This document shows, one piece after another, positions 1-10,357 of a stretch of DNA of 64,000 bases; the first letter of the stretch is position 1, and every line of letters starts with the position of its first letter. The notes below the pieces were generated by a model, which saw nothing but the letters and a program-made list of their open reading frames with translations, searched no databases and was not told where the DNA came from. Both the position numbers and the translations under genes were made by a program. Origin of the DNA: Alistipes sp. (GTDB lineage: Bacteria > Bacteroidota > Bacteroidia > Bacteroidales > Rikenellaceae). Location: positions 5,052 through 69,051 of the forward strand of contig JAFYXB010000016.1 of the NCBI GenBank assembly GCA_017546345.1, written 5' to 3'.

Positions 1-15
1 CCCAAAGCTGCTCCA

Positions 16-1647
16 TTACTCCTCTACGCCATTTTGCTCCACAACACTCCACTCTCCCATATCGAGCGAATCGACAATAGCTGCTACCGCGGCCATCTGC
101 GCTTCGATACTTGCTATACGAGCCTGCTCCCTGGCCCACGCCTCGCGAGCCTTACGCTCCTCCTCAACGCGTACCATCTCCTCACGCTCTGCAAGCAGAT
201 CGTAGACAGGTTTACGTATTGCCGCAGCCAAAGCCTCGGCAAGAGCACGGCCACCACGGAAGTTGATATGCGTATAATCCTTAGCTGCCCAACCATTAGC
301 CACAAACTTGGGCATACCGCCCAGCGCAGCCATAGCCTCGGCCGTATTCCAAAACGCAGCGCCACAACTATCTGCCGCAGCACGCTGATACTGACTCAGC
401 GCATCGACCGTACCGATAGGCTTATACCCCTCACCCTGCGTATCGCGTACCCAGCGGTCACTGACACCCATAACCATAATTGCGGCATTGGGGAAGCACC
501 TCTCGGCATAGGCTATCATATCGCGAAGCTGATCGCGGTATTTCGAATAGTTGCGTCTCTCGGCCTGCATGATATTAAGACCATACTGCAACACCACAAG
601 GTCGTAACCGAGCAGTTCGTCAATCTGGCGGTTGATATGCGCACCCGTGCCGAAGATAGCATGACCATTGTTGCTACGCACCGAGAAGTTGTCGATCATA
701 ACACCCGAGTCACCCTCCAGCGACACGCCATAGCATAGCACATCGCCCTCCACGACCTTGATTGCAAGATCAGTAATTGGTGCCTCGACATATATTTCAC
801 GAAGACGGCTATCAGCCTCCAACTCAACCTCATAGCGCAGCGTATCACTCAACGAAAGCTCCACACGGCTATCTGCCTCGCTAAGCAGGATGATACGCGC
901 ACGGCCCACCGAGTCGAGCGTTTCGAAGGCATCCGTAACACTCCACTGCGTTCTTGCTCCCGCTCCACCACGAGCCAGATAGCCCGACACGAAGAACTTA
1001 TCGCGCAACTCCTCGGGTGCCGACTTAGGTTTCATAACGCTATATGCCGACCAGCCCGACGATGTACGACGAATCGTGCGGCGCACCGTTGCAAAGGGTA
1101 TATCGCACGCCACAAAGCCTACACCTCGGCCACCGAATATCTGTTGTAGTTCGCTACGCAGATCCGAGGTAAGGATATCGCCCTCGACAAATGAATCGCC
1201 AAGGAATGCGATACGCGCAGCCTCACCCGAAGCCAACTTATCGACAAAGCGGTCGAAGCGCGACACTTCCAACGTATCGAAATCCTCGATAGCGACAATC
1301 GGAAGCGACATATCGGGCATAACCTCCTCGCTGCGTGGCACACGGCGCACAGCCTCGCCCTCACGTTCATATATCCACTCCTTGCGTATCGAGGGTAGCG
1401 GCTCTACCTGCTCGGCCTCAACCTCCTCAATACAGGGTTCAAGCGTAGCCAACTCGTGCTCCAGACGCTCAATGTCGGCCGAATACTCCACGACCTGCTC
1501 CTCGCCAACAATATCCTCCAAGAGGCTAACCTTTGCGAAGTGCATACCAAAGAGCTCGAAGGGTGGGATAAGAGCAAAAAGAGCCACACCCACCACAACG
1601 GCGAGTGTCAGCACAAAGCCTCTAAGCATATAATCCCTCTCCTTCAT
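16..1647 (-). CDS. SGNH/GDSL hydrolase-family protein (PatB/AlgJ-like O-acetyltransferase candidate) with N-terminal membrane anchor
   Basis: GDSF block I, GLN block III and DYTH block V motifs. ATG at 1647 preferred over TTG at 1662. The stop overlaps a downstream ATG at 16 (TAATG) that runs off the window. Confidence 0.75.
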   Translation of the reverse strand: MKERDYMLRGFVLTLAVVVGVALFALIPPFELFGMHFAKVSLLEDIVGEEQVVEYSADIERLEHELATLEPCIEEVEAEQVEPLPSIRKEWIYEREGEAVRRVPRSEEVMPDMSLPIVAIEDFDTLEVSRFDRFVDKLASGEAARIAFLGDSFVEGDILTSDLRSELQQIFGGRGVGFVACDIPFATVRRTIRRTSSGWSAYSVMKPKSAPEELRDKFFVSGYLARGGAGARTQWSVTDAFETLDSVGRARIILLSEADSRVELSLSDTLRYEVELEADSRLREIYVEAPITDLAIKVVEGDVLCYGVSLEGDSGVMIDNFSVRSNNGHAIFGTGAHINRQIDELLGYDLVVLQYGLNIMQAERRNYSKYRDQLRDMIAYAERCFPNAAIMVMGVSDRWVRDTQGEGYKPIGTVDALSQYQRAAADSCGAAFWNTAEAMAALGGMPKFVANGWAAKDYTHINFRGGRALAEALAAAIRKPVYDLLAEREEMVRVEEERKAREAWAREQARIASIEAQMAAVAAIVDSLDMGEWSVVEQNGVEE

Positions 1648-1662
1648 ATATTTATATTTCAA

Positions 1663-2412
1663 TTATTTACGTCGCGAGATAAGCACGACATAATATATTA
1701 CCGTAGCAATAGCACTCAGGGCCGATACCAGATATGTGCGTGCAGCCCAACGAAGCGAAAGACGAGCACCATCCAGATCCTTACCCACGAGCAACTCTCT
1801 ACTCTCCAGCCACTCCAAAGCTCTTGCCGAGGCATTATACTCCACGGGGAGTGTCACAATGGCAAAGAGTGCCGCAACCGAGACAAGCAAAATGCCCAAC
1901 CAGCACAACATTGCGTTGTTGGTAGCTGCCATAAGCGCCAAGCCAAGCATAATAACCCACGGAGCGACACGTGACGAGAAGTTTACGACGGGAACTAGAC
2001 GTGAGCGTAGGCGCAACGCATTGTAGCCCGTCACATACTGCACAGCATGTCCGCACTCGTGGCACGCCACGGCCATAGCAGCAACACTACGCTCCGAGTA
2101 GACGCTATCGCTAAGGTTTATCGTAAGCGTCTCGGGATTGAAGTGATCTGTTAGGTGTCCTCTGACACGTGTAACCTGCACATTATAGATACCGTGTGCA
2201 TGAAGCATCTTCAGAGCAACCTCTGCGCCGGTCAAGTTCTGAGGCGAAGGGAGCTTCGAGCACATCTGCATAACGCTACGCAAACGTGCCTGCACAGCAT
2301 AGCCCACAACAGCAATAAGCACCATAAGCACTATGGGCATTGCCATAGAGCCCTCACCAGCAAGAACATCACTACTTGCCAAGGCCACGGTATCAACCTG
2401 CAAAATATACAT
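1663..2412 (-). CDS. YugP-family neutral zinc metallopeptidase
   Basis: LTDHFNP, HECGHAVQ (HExxH), TLPVEYNASARA and AARTY motifs. Confidence 0.9.
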   Translation of the reverse strand: MYILQVDTVALASSDVLAGEGSMAMPIVLMVLIAVVGYAVQARLRSVMQMCSKLPSPQNLTGAEVALKMLHAHGIYNVQVTRVRGHLTDHFNPETLTINLSDSVYSERSVAAMAVACHECGHAVQYVTGYNALRLRSRLVPVVNFSSRVAPWVIMLGLALMAATNNAMLCWLGILLVSVAALFAIVTLPVEYNASARALEWLESRELLVGKDLDGARLSLRWAARTYLVSALSAIATVIYYVVLISRRK

Positions 2413-2424
2413 AATTTGAAGTTA

Positions 2425-3369
2425 CTATATGAGTGTATAGATGTATCCTACGAAGATAAGCAAGAAGATAGCACCCTCAAGGCGTGTGATACGCTTATCG
2501 CCAATAAACAGACCCGAAAGAAGCACCAATACGGGAGCCGACACCGCTACAGCGATATCTATCATCGTAATATTACCCATTGAGAGTGGTGTAATCAACG
2601 AGCTTGCACCAAGGATAAGCAATATGTTGGCGATATTAGAGCCGAGGACATTACCCAAAGCCAAGCCACCACGACCCTTGATAAGCGAGACCAAGCTCGC
2701 AGCCAACTCGGGAAGTGACGTACCACCAGCAACAAGCGTAATGGCAATCGTAGCCTCCGAAACACCGAGATTGCGAGCTATTTCGGTTGCGCTATCTACA
2801 CATAGCTGACCACCATAGATAAGCATTCCCAAACCTCCCAAAATCCACACAGGGATACGCCACGCGGGCATAGACTTAGCACTCTGAGCATCTTCCTCGC
2901 CATCTGCCGACACAGCAGCGCCCTCCTTGCGACTCTGACGAATCGAATAGAAGAGCATAAGTATATAGAAGAAGAGAAGCAACGCACCCTCCCAACGTGT
3001 GATGACATTATCGTAGGCCGTAACACCCCACAACGCCACAGAGGCTAAGATACAGATAGGTATATCGCTACGCATATTCGAGCGCGTTAGAAGCACAGGG
3101 GCTACCACAGCACATAGGCCCAAAATAGCATATACATTAAAGACATTAGATCCCACAACATTGCCGATAGCCATCTCGCCACTACCCGAAAGGGCCGAAA
3201 GTGCACTTACGACAAGCTCGGGCATCGACGTACCCACAGCAACAATCGTAAGACCTACGACAAATTCCGAAACCTTGAAACGTGCTGCCAAAGCCACCGA
3301 GCCATCGGTAAGCAGCGTAGCACCAAAGATAATCAACACAAGGCTGATAACAAGAAAAACGTATTCCAT
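2425..3369 (-). CDS. Calcium/sodium antiporter (YrbG family)
   Basis: Two alpha repeats, GTSMPEL...GNVVGSN and GTSLPEL...GNVLGSN; highly hydrophobic. Confidence 0.92.
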   Translation of the reverse strand: MEYVFLVISLVLIIFGATLLTDGSVALAARFKVSEFVVGLTIVAVGTSMPELVVSALSALSGSGEMAIGNVVGSNVFNVYAILGLCAVVAPVLLTRSNMRSDIPICILASVALWGVTAYDNVITRWEGALLLFFYILMLFYSIRQSRKEGAAVSADGEEDAQSAKSMPAWRIPVWILGGLGMLIYGGQLCVDSATEIARNLGVSEATIAITLVAGGTSLPELAASLVSLIKGRGGLALGNVLGSNIANILLILGASSLITPLSMGNITMIDIAVAVSAPVLVLLSGLFIGDKRITRLEGAIFLLIFVGYIYTLI

Positions 3370-3392
3370 TTACACAATTATTAGTAACGGCG

Positions 3393-3400
3393 CAAAGGTA
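3393..3400 (-). promoter_or_regulatory. Bacteroidota -7 promoter element (TACCTTTG) for the antiporter operon
   Basis: Matches TAnnTTTG, about 25 bp upstream of the start codon. Confidence 0.65.
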
Positions 3401-3558
3401 GTAAAAAAAGTGAATGACCACTATTATAAGTGGTCGAATTGTATTAAGTTGTTGTTACATTTTCAAGACAAGCTACAACAAGCCTTCTTTCCGACAAAAG
3501 GGCTATGCAGACATCTCAACAGCAATGGCTATGATAGCCGAGCGTAACGCTCTATCGC

Positions 3559-4332
3559 CTACCCGATCAATGCCTCAACAGCTCGTCTACCCTCCTCGCC
3601 AAGCGACAACGAGAACTCATTGACAAACAGCGCTATATGCTTCGATATAACCTCATCATCAAGCTCTCTTGCATGCTGCTTTATATATTCGCGCGACACC
3701 TCGGGATGCGCAAAAGCATACTCGATACTGCGTCGCAATACCCTATCGACACACTCCGCCAGCTCATCGCCCAAATCACGCGCCACGACAATCGAGCCCA
3801 AGGGCAACGGTAACGACATCCTACGCTCCCACTCCAGACCCAAATCGGCAACAAGCTCCAGGTTGCGTGCCGCATAGACAAACCTGCCCTCATGGATAAG
3901 CACTCCGCCATCAAACTCACCCCTCTCCACAGCCTCGGCAATCTCGCTAAAGAGGCGTGGCGTACGCTGCTCTATCTCAGGGAATAGCTTGCAGACCAAC
4001 GCATTAGCCGTAGTATGCACGCCCGGAACAGCGATATGACGCAGTGGTGCACTATCGCCCTTACGGCGCACCAGCAGCGGACCATTGCCACGACCAAGAG
4101 CCGAGCCACTATCGAGCAACGCATACTTATCACTAATGGCCGAAAGTATGACCGTACTACACTTCGTGACATCCGCCCTACGCGCCAAGGCCTGCTCGTT
4201 GAGCTGTTCGATATCGTGATACTCCACATCGAACTCCAACCCCTCAAGGTCGATACGTCTATTGACAATCGCATCGAACATAAAGGTATCGTTCGGACAT
4301 GGCGAGATCGAAAGTCGTAATCGTCGAGACAT
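3559..4332 (-). CDS. mqnD: 1,4-dihydroxy-6-naphthoate synthase (futalosine menaquinone pathway)
   Basis: SPCPNDTFMF, DIEQLN, LGRGNGPLL, IHEGRF, PLPLG and HIALFVN motifs. Confidence 0.92.
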   Translation of the reverse strand: MSRRLRLSISPCPNDTFMFDAIVNRRIDLEGLEFDVEYHDIEQLNEQALARRADVTKCSTVILSAISDKYALLDSGSALGRGNGPLLVRRKGDSAPLRHIAVPGVHTTANALVCKLFPEIEQRTPRLFSEIAEAVERGEFDGGVLIHEGRFVYAARNLELVADLGLEWERRMSLPLPLGSIVVARDLGDELAECVDRVLRRSIEYAFAHPEVSREYIKQHARELDDEVISKHIALFVNEFSLSLGEEGRRAVEALIG

Positions 4333-4337
4333 ATATT

Positions 4338-4520
4338 CTACTTTTTATTGCGGCCGTAGCGTCCCGAAAGCCAACCTACGCCATAGACAATAACAAACAA
4401 TGACACCCAGCCCAAGCCAACGATAATCTCGTTGCGGAAGAAGTGCCACACCACACCTATACATACGCACACTACAACAAAGATTAGGATGTATAGTATA
4501 ATCTGTTTTGTACGAGTCAT
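4338..4520 (-). CDS. Small two-TM membrane protein
   Basis: 60 aa with two hydrophobic stretches and basic ends; overlaps the upstream gene by 4 bp and ends 5 bp before mqnD. Confidence 0.65.
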   Translation of the reverse strand: MTRTKQIILYILIFVVVCVCIGVVWHFFRNEIIVGLGWVSLFVIVYGVGWLSGRYGRNKK

Positions 4521-5047
4521 AACTCCTTTTCTATTTTTATTAACACCTCAGCCAAAGCATTCAAGGCCTCCTCTACTCGCCACTCCGTAAAGGGTTCACC
4601 AACACGGTTCGATATTGCTCTGATCTCGGTGACTCTAAGTCCCAACTTCTCGGCAAGGGTAAACATCGCAGCACCCTCCATATTCTCGATATCGGCGCCA
4701 CAACTCTCACTGCCACAATGCACCGTATTAGAGCGCACGCTGCGCAGCGTCGTACAACACCTATTGTGGTACTCTTGCTGAAATCTTGTGGGAAGTTCCG
4801 AACATATCTCGCTACGCACCTCGACAACCTCGCACAACGCACAGCTATCGCCATAGCTACCCGCCAAGCCAGCGAGTATCAATCGCATATCGCAGGGCCG
4901 CTCGCAGGTTGCATATAGTGAGGCAATGGCGGCAGATGTTGCCGCCATACCTACACCAGATATTACAACCTCGGCAGTGGGAGAGAGCCTTCTAAAAGGC
5001 TCTGCCTCCAACTCCGTAGGAAATATGTATACCACCTTATGGTGCAT
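4517..5047 (-). CDS. mqnB: Futalosine hydrolase-like protein (PNP/MTAN family, MqnB-like)
   Basis: GVGM, AGLAGS, ENMEGAA and RAISNRV motifs; adjacent to mqnD. Confidence 0.72.
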   Translation of the reverse strand: MHHKVVYIFPTELEAEPFRRLSPTAEVVISGVGMAATSAAIASLYATCERPCDMRLILAGLAGSYGDSCALCEVVEVRSEICSELPTRFQQEYHNRCCTTLRSVRSNTVHCGSESCGADIENMEGAAMFTLAEKLGLRVTEIRAISNRVGEPFTEWRVEEALNALAEVLIKIEKEL

Positions 5048-5057
5048 AGTTACTCAA

Positions 5058-6458
5058 CTATTTGTAGTCCGATCCTACGACAGCCTCCAACTCCTCGACA
5101 GTGAGAGGAAGGAGCTTATCGCCGATAAAGCGGCTACCCGTCTCCGTTACGAGAACATCATCCTCGATACGGATACCACCGAACGTACGATAGTTATCCA
5201 ATGCGTTGTAATCCACAATATCGGTAAACTTACCCTCAGAGCGCATCTTATCGATAAGCGCTGGGATGAAGTAGATACCAGGCTCGTCAGACATCACCGT
5301 ACCTGGCTCCACGCGCCATGTCGAGCGGTGGATACATGTTGCCGACTTCGCAGCACGCTCCGCAACAGTCGAGAAGTCGAACGAACGCTCGCCAACATTC
5401 TCCAAGTCGTGAACATCAAGACCCATACCGTGGCCCAAACCGTGAGGCATAAAGAGGTACATCGCACCAGCCTCAACAGCGACCTCAGGCGTAGACTTGA
5501 TAAGACCCATACCCTTCAAGCCATCTGCCAACGAGAGATATGCTGCACGGTGGATGTCAGGATACATCGTACCTGGCTTAATCATATCCTTAACCTCGCT
5601 ATGCGCACGAAGTACTATATTATATATGTCGCGCTGTAGGTCGGTAAACTTACCGCTAACGGGATATGTACGTGTGTGGTCTGAGCAGTAGCCCTCGACA
5701 GACTCGCCACCGCCATCAACCAAGAGCAGACGGCCAGCCTCCAACACACCATCGTGGTTGTGGTTGTGCAAGATCTCGCCATGCTGCGTAACGATCGTTG
5801 GGAACGACACACCCTGACCATACGACTTAGCGATACCCTCAACACGACCAGCGATCTCGCGCTCAACAACACCAGGGCGACACATCTTCATTGCTGTCAT
5901 ATGCATCTGGTAGCCAATCTTGAATGCACGCTCCAAAGCCTCGATCTCCTCTGCCGACTTCTTCTCGCGCATCTCAGCCACGGCAAACATCAAGTCGAGC
6001 GACTTACGCTCGTGCAACATCGCAAGACGGATGCCCAACAAATCGGCAAGCTCAATCTTAAGCTCTGCACGGTAGGGAGGCAAGTAGTGCACAGGGCGGT
6101 TCTGCTCGATAGCACGCTTCAACACGTTACGAACATCTGCCTTAGGGAAGCACTTCTCAACACCGACACCAGCACCAAGCTCCGAGAGCGTAGGCATAGG
6201 ACCTGTCCAAATGATATCCTCTACGGTGAAGTCATCACCAAAGAGCATAGCCTCGCCCGACTCAGCATCGAGAAGACCAATCAACGATGGAACGTCGAGT
6301 CCGAAGTAGTAGCGGAACGTGGAGTCCTGACGATAGTAGTATGTATTGTTAGGATAGTTATTAGGCACCTCGGGGTTTGCAGGAAGAAGGATAAGTCCCT
6401 TACCCACACGGCGGCACAATTCGGCGCGACGCGCCACATAAGTCTCTTTGCTGAACAT
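5058..6458 (-). CDS. pepP: Xaa-Pro aminopeptidase (M24B)
   Basis: YRQDSTFRY, SDHTRT, HGLGHGMGLDVHD, EPGIYF and GGIRIEDD motifs. Confidence 0.92.
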   Translation of the reverse strand: MFSKETYVARRAELCRRVGKGLILLPANPEVPNNYPNNTYYYRQDSTFRYYFGLDVPSLIGLLDAESGEAMLFGDDFTVEDIIWTGPMPTLSELGAGVGVEKCFPKADVRNVLKRAIEQNRPVHYLPPYRAELKIELADLLGIRLAMLHERKSLDLMFAVAEMREKKSAEEIEALERAFKIGYQMHMTAMKMCRPGVVEREIAGRVEGIAKSYGQGVSFPTIVTQHGEILHNHNHDGVLEAGRLLLVDGGGESVEGYCSDHTRTYPVSGKFTDLQRDIYNIVLRAHSEVKDMIKPGTMYPDIHRAAYLSLADGLKGMGLIKSTPEVAVEAGAMYLFMPHGLGHGMGLDVHDLENVGERSFDFSTVAERAAKSATCIHRSTWRVEPGTVMSDEPGIYFIPALIDKMRSEGKFTDIVDYNALDNYRTFGGIRIEDDVLVTETGSRFIGDKLLPLTVEELEAVVGSDYK

Positions 6459-6539
6459 AGTTATAATAGTTTTAGTTTGTTAATCTCTACTTTGTTTCAG
6501 ATATAATTTTTTTGTATTTCAGTATTTTGTCGCATGTAA

Positions 6540-6644
6540 TGTCATCTTGAGCGCAGCGAAAGATCTCCTCATAACCAACAAAGCGACATTACCTTCACAG
6601 CGAGTTGTCGCGTAGGAGATTCTTCGCTTAAGCTCAGAATGACA
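6540..6644. repeat. REP-like palindromic element
   Basis: TGTCATCTTGAGCGCAGCGAAAGATCTCCT (6540-6569) is an imperfect inverted repeat of AGGAGATTCTTCGCTTAAGCTCAGAATGACA (6614-6644); inner GCGACA/TGTCGC pair. Confidence 0.8.
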
Positions 6645-6683
6645 AGTTTCTAAATATATAAATTCTTTGTCTTATATAAGTTC

Positions 6684-6847
6684 GCATTTGGCGGACAAGC
6701 CCGATACCGCAGATGCGCCCTTACCTCTCTTTTTTGTTGTCAGAAGGGTTGCAGATGTGGGAGCGGGTCGCAGGCCGACAAAGCGGAGCATACTTTAGCG
6801 TATGTGAGCATTTGGCGGACAAGCCCGATACTGCAGATGCGCCCTTA
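6684..6847 (+). repeat. Palindromic repeat element plus a duplicated 3' half
   Basis: 40-bp direct repeat at 6684-6723 and 6808-6847 (1 mismatch); core GCGGAG-CATAC-loop-GTATG-TGAGCA at 6783-6810. Confidence 0.8.
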
Positions 6848-6862
6848 TCACAACAAACCACC

Positions 6863-8104
6863 TTAGCGAGTCACCTCCTTGTAGACTTTATCACCTCTTC
6901 TAACCTCTTCGACAGTCTTTAGCGAGATGTAGTCACCCTGCTTTGCGTTCTCGGTGGGCTGCTCGTTGAGCATAATGCCCTCGGCCTTCTGCTCCACAAC
7001 GCCCGTCTTCTCACCCATAAAGAGGAGTGCATCGCCCTCGGCAACCTCGCAAGCCTCAACCAAGACCTCGGCAACACCGATACGCTTGAAGTAGTTGGTA
7101 ACCTTACCCATATATACCTTCTTCAACGTTGCCGACGAGCCGTAGTGCTGACTATGCTCGACCATCGTCTTAGCAGCGTAGTAGCCGCCCCAGAAATCGC
7201 GATTGAAGACCGTACGTAGGCGCTCCTTGAGCGGAGCAACACTCTCGGGCGTATACTCGCCACGCTCCAAAAGTTGCAACGCCTCGTTGTAGTTCTCCAC
7301 AACACGCTTTACATACTCGCCACCACGCGCACGACCCTCAATCTTGAGGACACGCACACCTGCACCGATAAACTTATCGAGAAAATCTACCGTACACAGA
7401 TCCTTGGGTGAGAGGATATACTGTCCATCGACATCGAGCGCCTGGCCCGAATCCTTATCCGTGATTGTGTACTTACGACGACATATCTGACGGCAAGCAC
7501 CACGGTTTGCCGAGTGGTGCGACTCGTGTTCCGAGAGGTAGCACTTACCCGACATCGACATACACATCGCACCGTGTGCAAACATCTCGATACGCACCAA
7601 CTCACCCGCAGGACCACAGATATTCTGCTCCTCGATCTGCTTCGAGATACGTGCAATCTGCTCCAAAGAGAGCTCTCGTGCCAACACCACAACATCGGCC
7701 CACTGCGCAAAGAAGCGCACAGCCTCGATATTCGAGATGTTGCTCTGCGTAGAGATATGCACCTCCATACCTATCTGGCGAGCGTAGAGGATAGCCGCAA
7801 GGTCGGTAGCGATGATAGCATCGACACCCTCGGCCTTAGCACGGTCGATAATGCTACGCATAACCTCCATCTCGTCGTCATAGATGACGATATTCACCGT
7901 AAGGTAGGTCTTAACACCCGCCGTACGTGCCGTACGCACAATCTCGGCAAGGTCGTCAAGCGTAAAGTTCACCGATGAGGCAGCACGCATATTGAGCTGC
8001 TCGACACCGAAATACACCGAATCGGCACCTGCGTTAATTGCCGCGTGCAACGACTCGTAAGAGCCCACAGGGGCCATTATCTCTATATCTTTTCTACGTA
8101 TCAT
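6863..8104 (-). CDS. U32-family protein (PrtC/TrhP-like Fe-S hydroxylation protein)
   Basis: EIMAPVG, HISTQ, ARELSL, HGAMCxxxSGKC, NRGACxQICR, SPKDLC and KIEGR motifs. Confidence 0.9.
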   Translation of the reverse strand: MIRRKDIEIMAPVGSYESLHAAINAGADSVYFGVEQLNMRAASSVNFTLDDLAEIVRTARTAGVKTYLTVNIVIYDDEMEVMRSIIDRAKAEGVDAIIATDLAAILYARQIGMEVHISTQSNISNIEAVRFFAQWADVVVLARELSLEQIARISKQIEEQNICGPAGELVRIEMFAHGAMCMSMSGKCYLSEHESHHSANRGACRQICRRKYTITDKDSGQALDVDGQYILSPKDLCTVDFLDKFIGAGVRVLKIEGRARGGEYVKRVVENYNEALQLLERGEYTPESVAPLKERLRTVFNRDFWGGYYAAKTMVEHSQHYGSSATLKKVYMGKVTNYFKRIGVAEVLVEACEVAEGDALLFMGEKTGVVEQKAEGIMLNEQPTENAKQGDYISLKTVEEVRRGDKVYKEVTR

Positions 8105-8109
8105 CTCTT

Positions 8110-9084
8110 CTACTTTTTACGTCCCATAAGGTTACGAGCAAACTCACGGAGGTGCACTCGACGCTCCTCAGCGATAGAGAGACTGTCGAGGATACTCAAC
8201 GCACGCTCGAAGCGCAACTCGATCTGCTGCTCGGTGGCATGCTTAACATCGAGCGCATCATATACAGCCTTCACACGCGCAATCTTCTCGTTGTCGCTGA
8301 TATCTGCCATCTTGTGCGTTGTGCGCAACACCTCGCGCTGTTCGGCCGTAGCACGGCTCATAGCTTGCACCATAAGATAGGTCTGCTTACCCTCGAGGAT
8401 ATCGCCACCAATCTTCTTGCCCAACGCCTCATCGCCATAGCTATCGAGCATATCGTCCTGAAGCTGGAAGGCAAGGCCAAGCTCCGTAGCGAAACGATAT
8501 ATTTTCTTTATGTCGTCATCCTTAGCACCCGCCAACGTAGCACCAATCATCGCCGAACCCGACAACAGGGCCGACGTCTTGCGCTCGATCATAAGGATAT
8601 AATCCTCAACCGACACGCGCTCCATGCTCTCGAAGTCCATATCGTACTGCTGGCCCTCGCACACCTCCAAGGCCATGTCGTTGAAGATGTTAATCACGCG
8701 CTTTAGCTTATCACCCTCCAAACCTGCGAGAAGCTTGTATGCCGTAATAAGCATTGCATCGCCCGAGAGGATAGCTACATTACCACCCCACTTCGCATAC
8801 ACCGAAGGCTTACCGCGACGCACGGCAGCATTGTCCATAATGTCGTCGTGCAGCAGCGTGAAGTTGTGAAAGACCTCCACAGCCATTGCCGCAGGCATAG
8901 CTGCCGCAACCTCACCACCAAAAGCCTCAGTAGAGAGGAGCAACAACACGGGGCGTAAGCGTTTACCACCACCCGACATCGAGTATATTATCGGAGTGTA
9001 GAGCAACTCTGGTTCTTCGGGAGTCTGCATCTGTCGAAGCGTAGCCTCGAAGAGCTCCAATATCTCATCGTTTGTATGACACAT
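8110..9084 (-). CDS. Polyprenyl diphosphate synthase
   Basis: GGKRLRP, first DDIMD, RRG, GQQYD, KT and second DDMLD aspartate-rich motifs. Confidence 0.93.
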   Translation of the reverse strand: MCHTNDEILELFEATLRQMQTPEEPELLYTPIIYSMSGGGKRLRPVLLLLSTEAFGGEVAAAMPAAMAVEVFHNFTLLHDDIMDNAAVRRGKPSVYAKWGGNVAILSGDAMLITAYKLLAGLEGDKLKRVINIFNDMALEVCEGQQYDMDFESMERVSVEDYILMIERKTSALLSGSAMIGATLAGAKDDDIKKIYRFATELGLAFQLQDDMLDSYGDEALGKKIGGDILEGKQTYLMVQAMSRATAEQREVLRTTHKMADISDNEKIARVKAVYDALDVKHATEQQIELRFERALSILDSLSIAEERRVHLREFARNLMGRKK

Positions 9085-9228
9085 AACCTTAAAAGAAACT
9101 ATTTTATTTTTGTTTTATAATCACTCTTTCGCGCTTAAGTTTCATCGCATCAGAGCTTAAATCGTAGTATTAAGCCCTATTATGGCTCAAAAATAGTAAT
9201 TTTTTTGCAGAGATTAAAATAATTTTGG

Positions 9229-9236
9229 TAACTTTG
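9229..9236 (+). promoter_or_regulatory. -7 promoter element (TAACTTTG) for the ROK kinase gene
   Basis: TAnnTTTG, with an upstream TTTG at 9204-9207. Confidence 0.6.
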
Positions 9237-9266
9237 ACCAATTAATTTCAAAAAACCTAACACACT

Positions 9267-10295
9267 ATGATGAAAAAATACGCAATGGGTATCGATATCG
9301 GCGGTACCAACACAGCTTTCGGCCTCGTAGACGAGGATGGTAATGTGATCGCCGAGGGCAAGATTTCTACCGACAAGTTCAAGTATTACGACGATTATAA
9401 ACCATACGTTGAGACCTTGGCTGCAGCAATGAAGGAGGTTATTGCCTCTCAGCCCGAGTGCGACCTCATCGGTATCGGCGTAGGTGCTCCTAATGCCAAC
9501 ATTCACTCTGGCCGCATCGAGACTCCTGCAAACCTTTGGAAGTTCGAGGATCCCGCAGATCCACGCCCCAACTCTATCCGCATATTCAACTTTGTCGAGG
9601 ATCTCGGCAAGCACTTTGGCGGTGCTAAGGTGATGATTACCAACGACGCTAACGCCGCAGCTATCGGCGAGATGGTCTTCGGTAACGCACGTGGCATGAA
9701 GGACTTTGCGATGATCACACTCGGCACAGGTCTTGGCTCAGGCATCGTCTGCAACGACGAGATGGTATATGGCCACGATGGCTTCGCTGGTGAATTTGGC
9801 CACATCGCTGTAGCATCACGCGAGACAGGTCGTCAGTGCGGTTGCGGTCGTCGCGGCTGTCTCGAGGCATACGTATCGGCAACAGGTATCAAGCGTACAG
9901 CTTTCGACCTTATGGCTTCGATGACTTGCGATAGCGAGCTTCGCGCAGTACCTTACGATAAGTTCGAGGCAAAGATGCTTTCGGAGGCCGCCGCAAAGAA
10001 CGATCCTATCGCTTTGGAGGCCTTCGAGCAGACAGGTAAAGTCCTTGGTTTGGCACTTGCCGACCTTACAGCAATCACCTCTCCCGAGGCTATCATCCTC
10101 TTCGGTGGCTTGGCTAATGCTGGCGACTACATCATGCGCCCAACATACAAGTTTATGGAGGAGAACCAGCTCTCTGTTTTCAAGGGCAAGGTTAAGCTTA
10201 TGATGAGCGGTATTCAGGATAAGAATGTTGCTATTTTGGGTGGCGCAGCTCTCATCTGGAAACAGCACCTTGAGGCAGTTATTGAGAACTACTAA
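9267..10295 (+). CDS. ROK-family sugar kinase (glucokinase-like)
   Basis: GIDIGGT, NDANAAA, TLGTGLG, GEFGH and CGCGRRGCLE motifs. Confidence 0.93.
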   Translation: MMKKYAMGIDIGGTNTAFGLVDEDGNVIAEGKISTDKFKYYDDYKPYVETLAAAMKEVIASQPECDLIGIGVGAPNANIHSGRIETPANLWKFEDPADPRPNSIRIFNFVEDLGKHFGGAKVMITNDANAAAIGEMVFGNARGMKDFAMITLGTGLGSGIVCNDEMVYGHDGFAGEFGHIAVASRETGRQCGCGRRGCLEAYVSATGIKRTAFDLMASMTCDSELRAVPYDKFEAKMLSEAAAKNDPIALEAFEQTGKVLGLALADLTAITSPEAIILFGGLANAGDYIMRPTYKFMEENQLSVFKGKVKLMMSGIQDKNVAILGGAALIWKQHLEAVIENY

Positions 10296-10316
10296 TCAAC
10301 AGATTAGCACTTCAAG

Positions 10317-10357
10317 TAAGGTGTTCGACATATGGTTGTCGAGCACCTTATATTTTT
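10317..10357 (+). terminator. Intrinsic terminator after the ROK gene
   Basis: TAAGGTGTTCGACA/TGTCGAGCACCTTA stem followed by a T tract. Confidence 0.7.
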
